Shown piece after piece: positions 63,180 to 64,000 of a DNA stretch of 64,000 bases. The stretch comes from a virus. A program made the translations under genes and the position numbers. Position 1 is the first letter of the stretch. Each line of letters starts with the position of its first letter. The notes beneath the pieces were generated by a model. It saw nothing but the letters and a program-made list of their open reading frames with translations. It made no database searches and had not been told where the DNA came from. The stretch is from positions 96,001 through 160,000 of the IMG/VR virus record IMGVR_UViG_3300048113_001121; one strand, written 5' to 3'.

Positions 63180-64000
63180 ACACTGTGGTTGGGCCCAAGC
63201 CTGTACCTAAAATAAGGCGAAGTATTGGCTCTGTAAAGACTAACGAGTCCAGCATCTTTCATTGAACTGAACATTGTTGAGAGATATCCTGAAAATACTA
63301 CGTCTTCAGGGTCTTTTTCTAAGACATTAATTAAGAAATCTCTCTTACTGGCTGGTTCCCCTTCATTTGTTTTTTGAGTTATATAATTTAAAAATTTAAT
63401 GTAAGCATTATCAGGATTTCTACTTTCAAAACGGTAATTTGAATGTGAGTTTACAGGGTTCCAAAACTTAAAACCTTCTTGATTACCCACACTTAACTCT
63501 TCATGTAATTCTTCAATAAAGAAATTAAATATATCTCTAATAACTTTATAATTAGTATGTATAGTATTTTGACTTAATAAATGTGCTAAATCATATGGGT
63601 CCGATTTAGACTCAAGATATTCTACCATTTCATATAGAGGTCTCCTATCATAAACATAATTTGGAGTACTGTTTCTTAATTCCCTAAATTCTATTTCCTC
63701 ATCGTTATCACTTACTTTAATCATAATACGTTTTTCACCATACCAACCGACTACAAGTGGTCTCGTACCTTTATCATCACCAATTATATTAACTAACTTA
63801 TCGTATAAAACATATTTTCTAATTTTACTAAAATTAAACTTATTTTCTCTAATAAGTTTAATTAACATAATCTCTAAACTTTTAGATTCATCAACTTTAT
63901 GATTTTCTTCAATATCTTTTTCAATCGAATTGAAAGCTGAATTTGTTTTTAAAAAACCTAACAGATTAGAATTAAAATTATCTTTAGCATCAAAAAGTGA
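63149..64000 (-). CDS. Hypothetical protein, 5' end probably outside the window
   Basis: The frame of ORF 63149-63868 stays open to the window edge (SLFDAKDNFNSNLLGF...SLEIMLIKLIRE). Confidence 0.65.
   Translation of the reverse strand, partial: SLFDAKDNFNSNLLGFLKTNSAFNSIEKDIEENHKVDESKSLEIMLIKLIRENKFNFSKIRKYVLYDKLVNIIGDDKGTRPLVVGWYGEKRIMIKVSDNDEEIEFRELRNSTPNYVYDRRPLYEMVEYLESKSDPYDLAHLLSQNTIHTNYKVIRDIFNFFIEELHEELSVGNQEGFKFWNPVNSHSNYRFESRNPDNAYIKFLNYITQKTNEGEPASKRDFLINVLEKDPEDVVFSGYLSTMFSSMKDAGLVSLYRANTSPYFRYRLGPNHSVWEKGRLKRI

Noticed and set aside
63149-63868. MLIKLIRE as another N-terminal (I/L)xE tag
   Set aside because: The frame is open to the window edge, so this Met is probably internal.
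1-64000. Stop-codon reassignment, as seen in some large phages
   Set aside because: Known enzymes (GlyA, ThyA, ClpP, sulfatase) are full length in code 11; TAA, TAG and TGA all end genes; no suppressor tRNA is present.
1-64000. Bacterial chromosome or integrated prophage origin
   Set aside because: There are no host housekeeping operons, integrase or att site. Dense small ORFs, a tRNA array without encoded CCA and phage lysozymes point to a large phage genome.

Overview
This window is a 64-kb slice of a large, AT-rich (roughly 30% GC by eye) bacteriophage genome in standard genetic code, very likely a jumbo/huge phage infecting Bacteroidota. The host call rests on repeated TTTG-N19/20-TAnnTTTG promoters, A-rich start contexts without Shine-Dalgarno sites, and a protein with a T9SS type-B C-terminal domain. 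The window is densely packed with short ORFs and auxiliary metabolic genes (thyA, folA, glyA, mgsA, clpP, slyD, cysC-like, rmlC/rmlD, GT11, sulfatase, NUDIX, DNA methyltransferase, several peptidoglycan hydrolases). It also holds a six-tRNA array and an ~830-nt structured RNA resembling GOLLD. No capsid, terminase or polymerase genes, rRNA, CRISPR array or transposase are visible. The most notable candidates are as follows. (1) A 23-codon leader peptide with classic attenuator geometry in front of the tRNA array, enriched in the codons those tRNAs read. (2) Two tRNA-like RNAs carrying large structured insertions, plus two different AUA-decoding tRNAs. (3) A GH7-like glycoside hydrolase lipoprotein next to a sulfatase. 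(4) A DHH/DHHA1 phosphoesterase fused to peptidoglycan-binding and GH19 domains. (5) A family of proteins behind a TATTTAT motif that share an N-terminal (I/L)xE motif resembling prohead-protease cleavage sites. (6) Two micro-proteins missed by the ORF track: a metallothionein-like peptide and a 27-aa CDGSH peptide. All family assignments come from motif recognition by eye; no database searches or folding programs were run.
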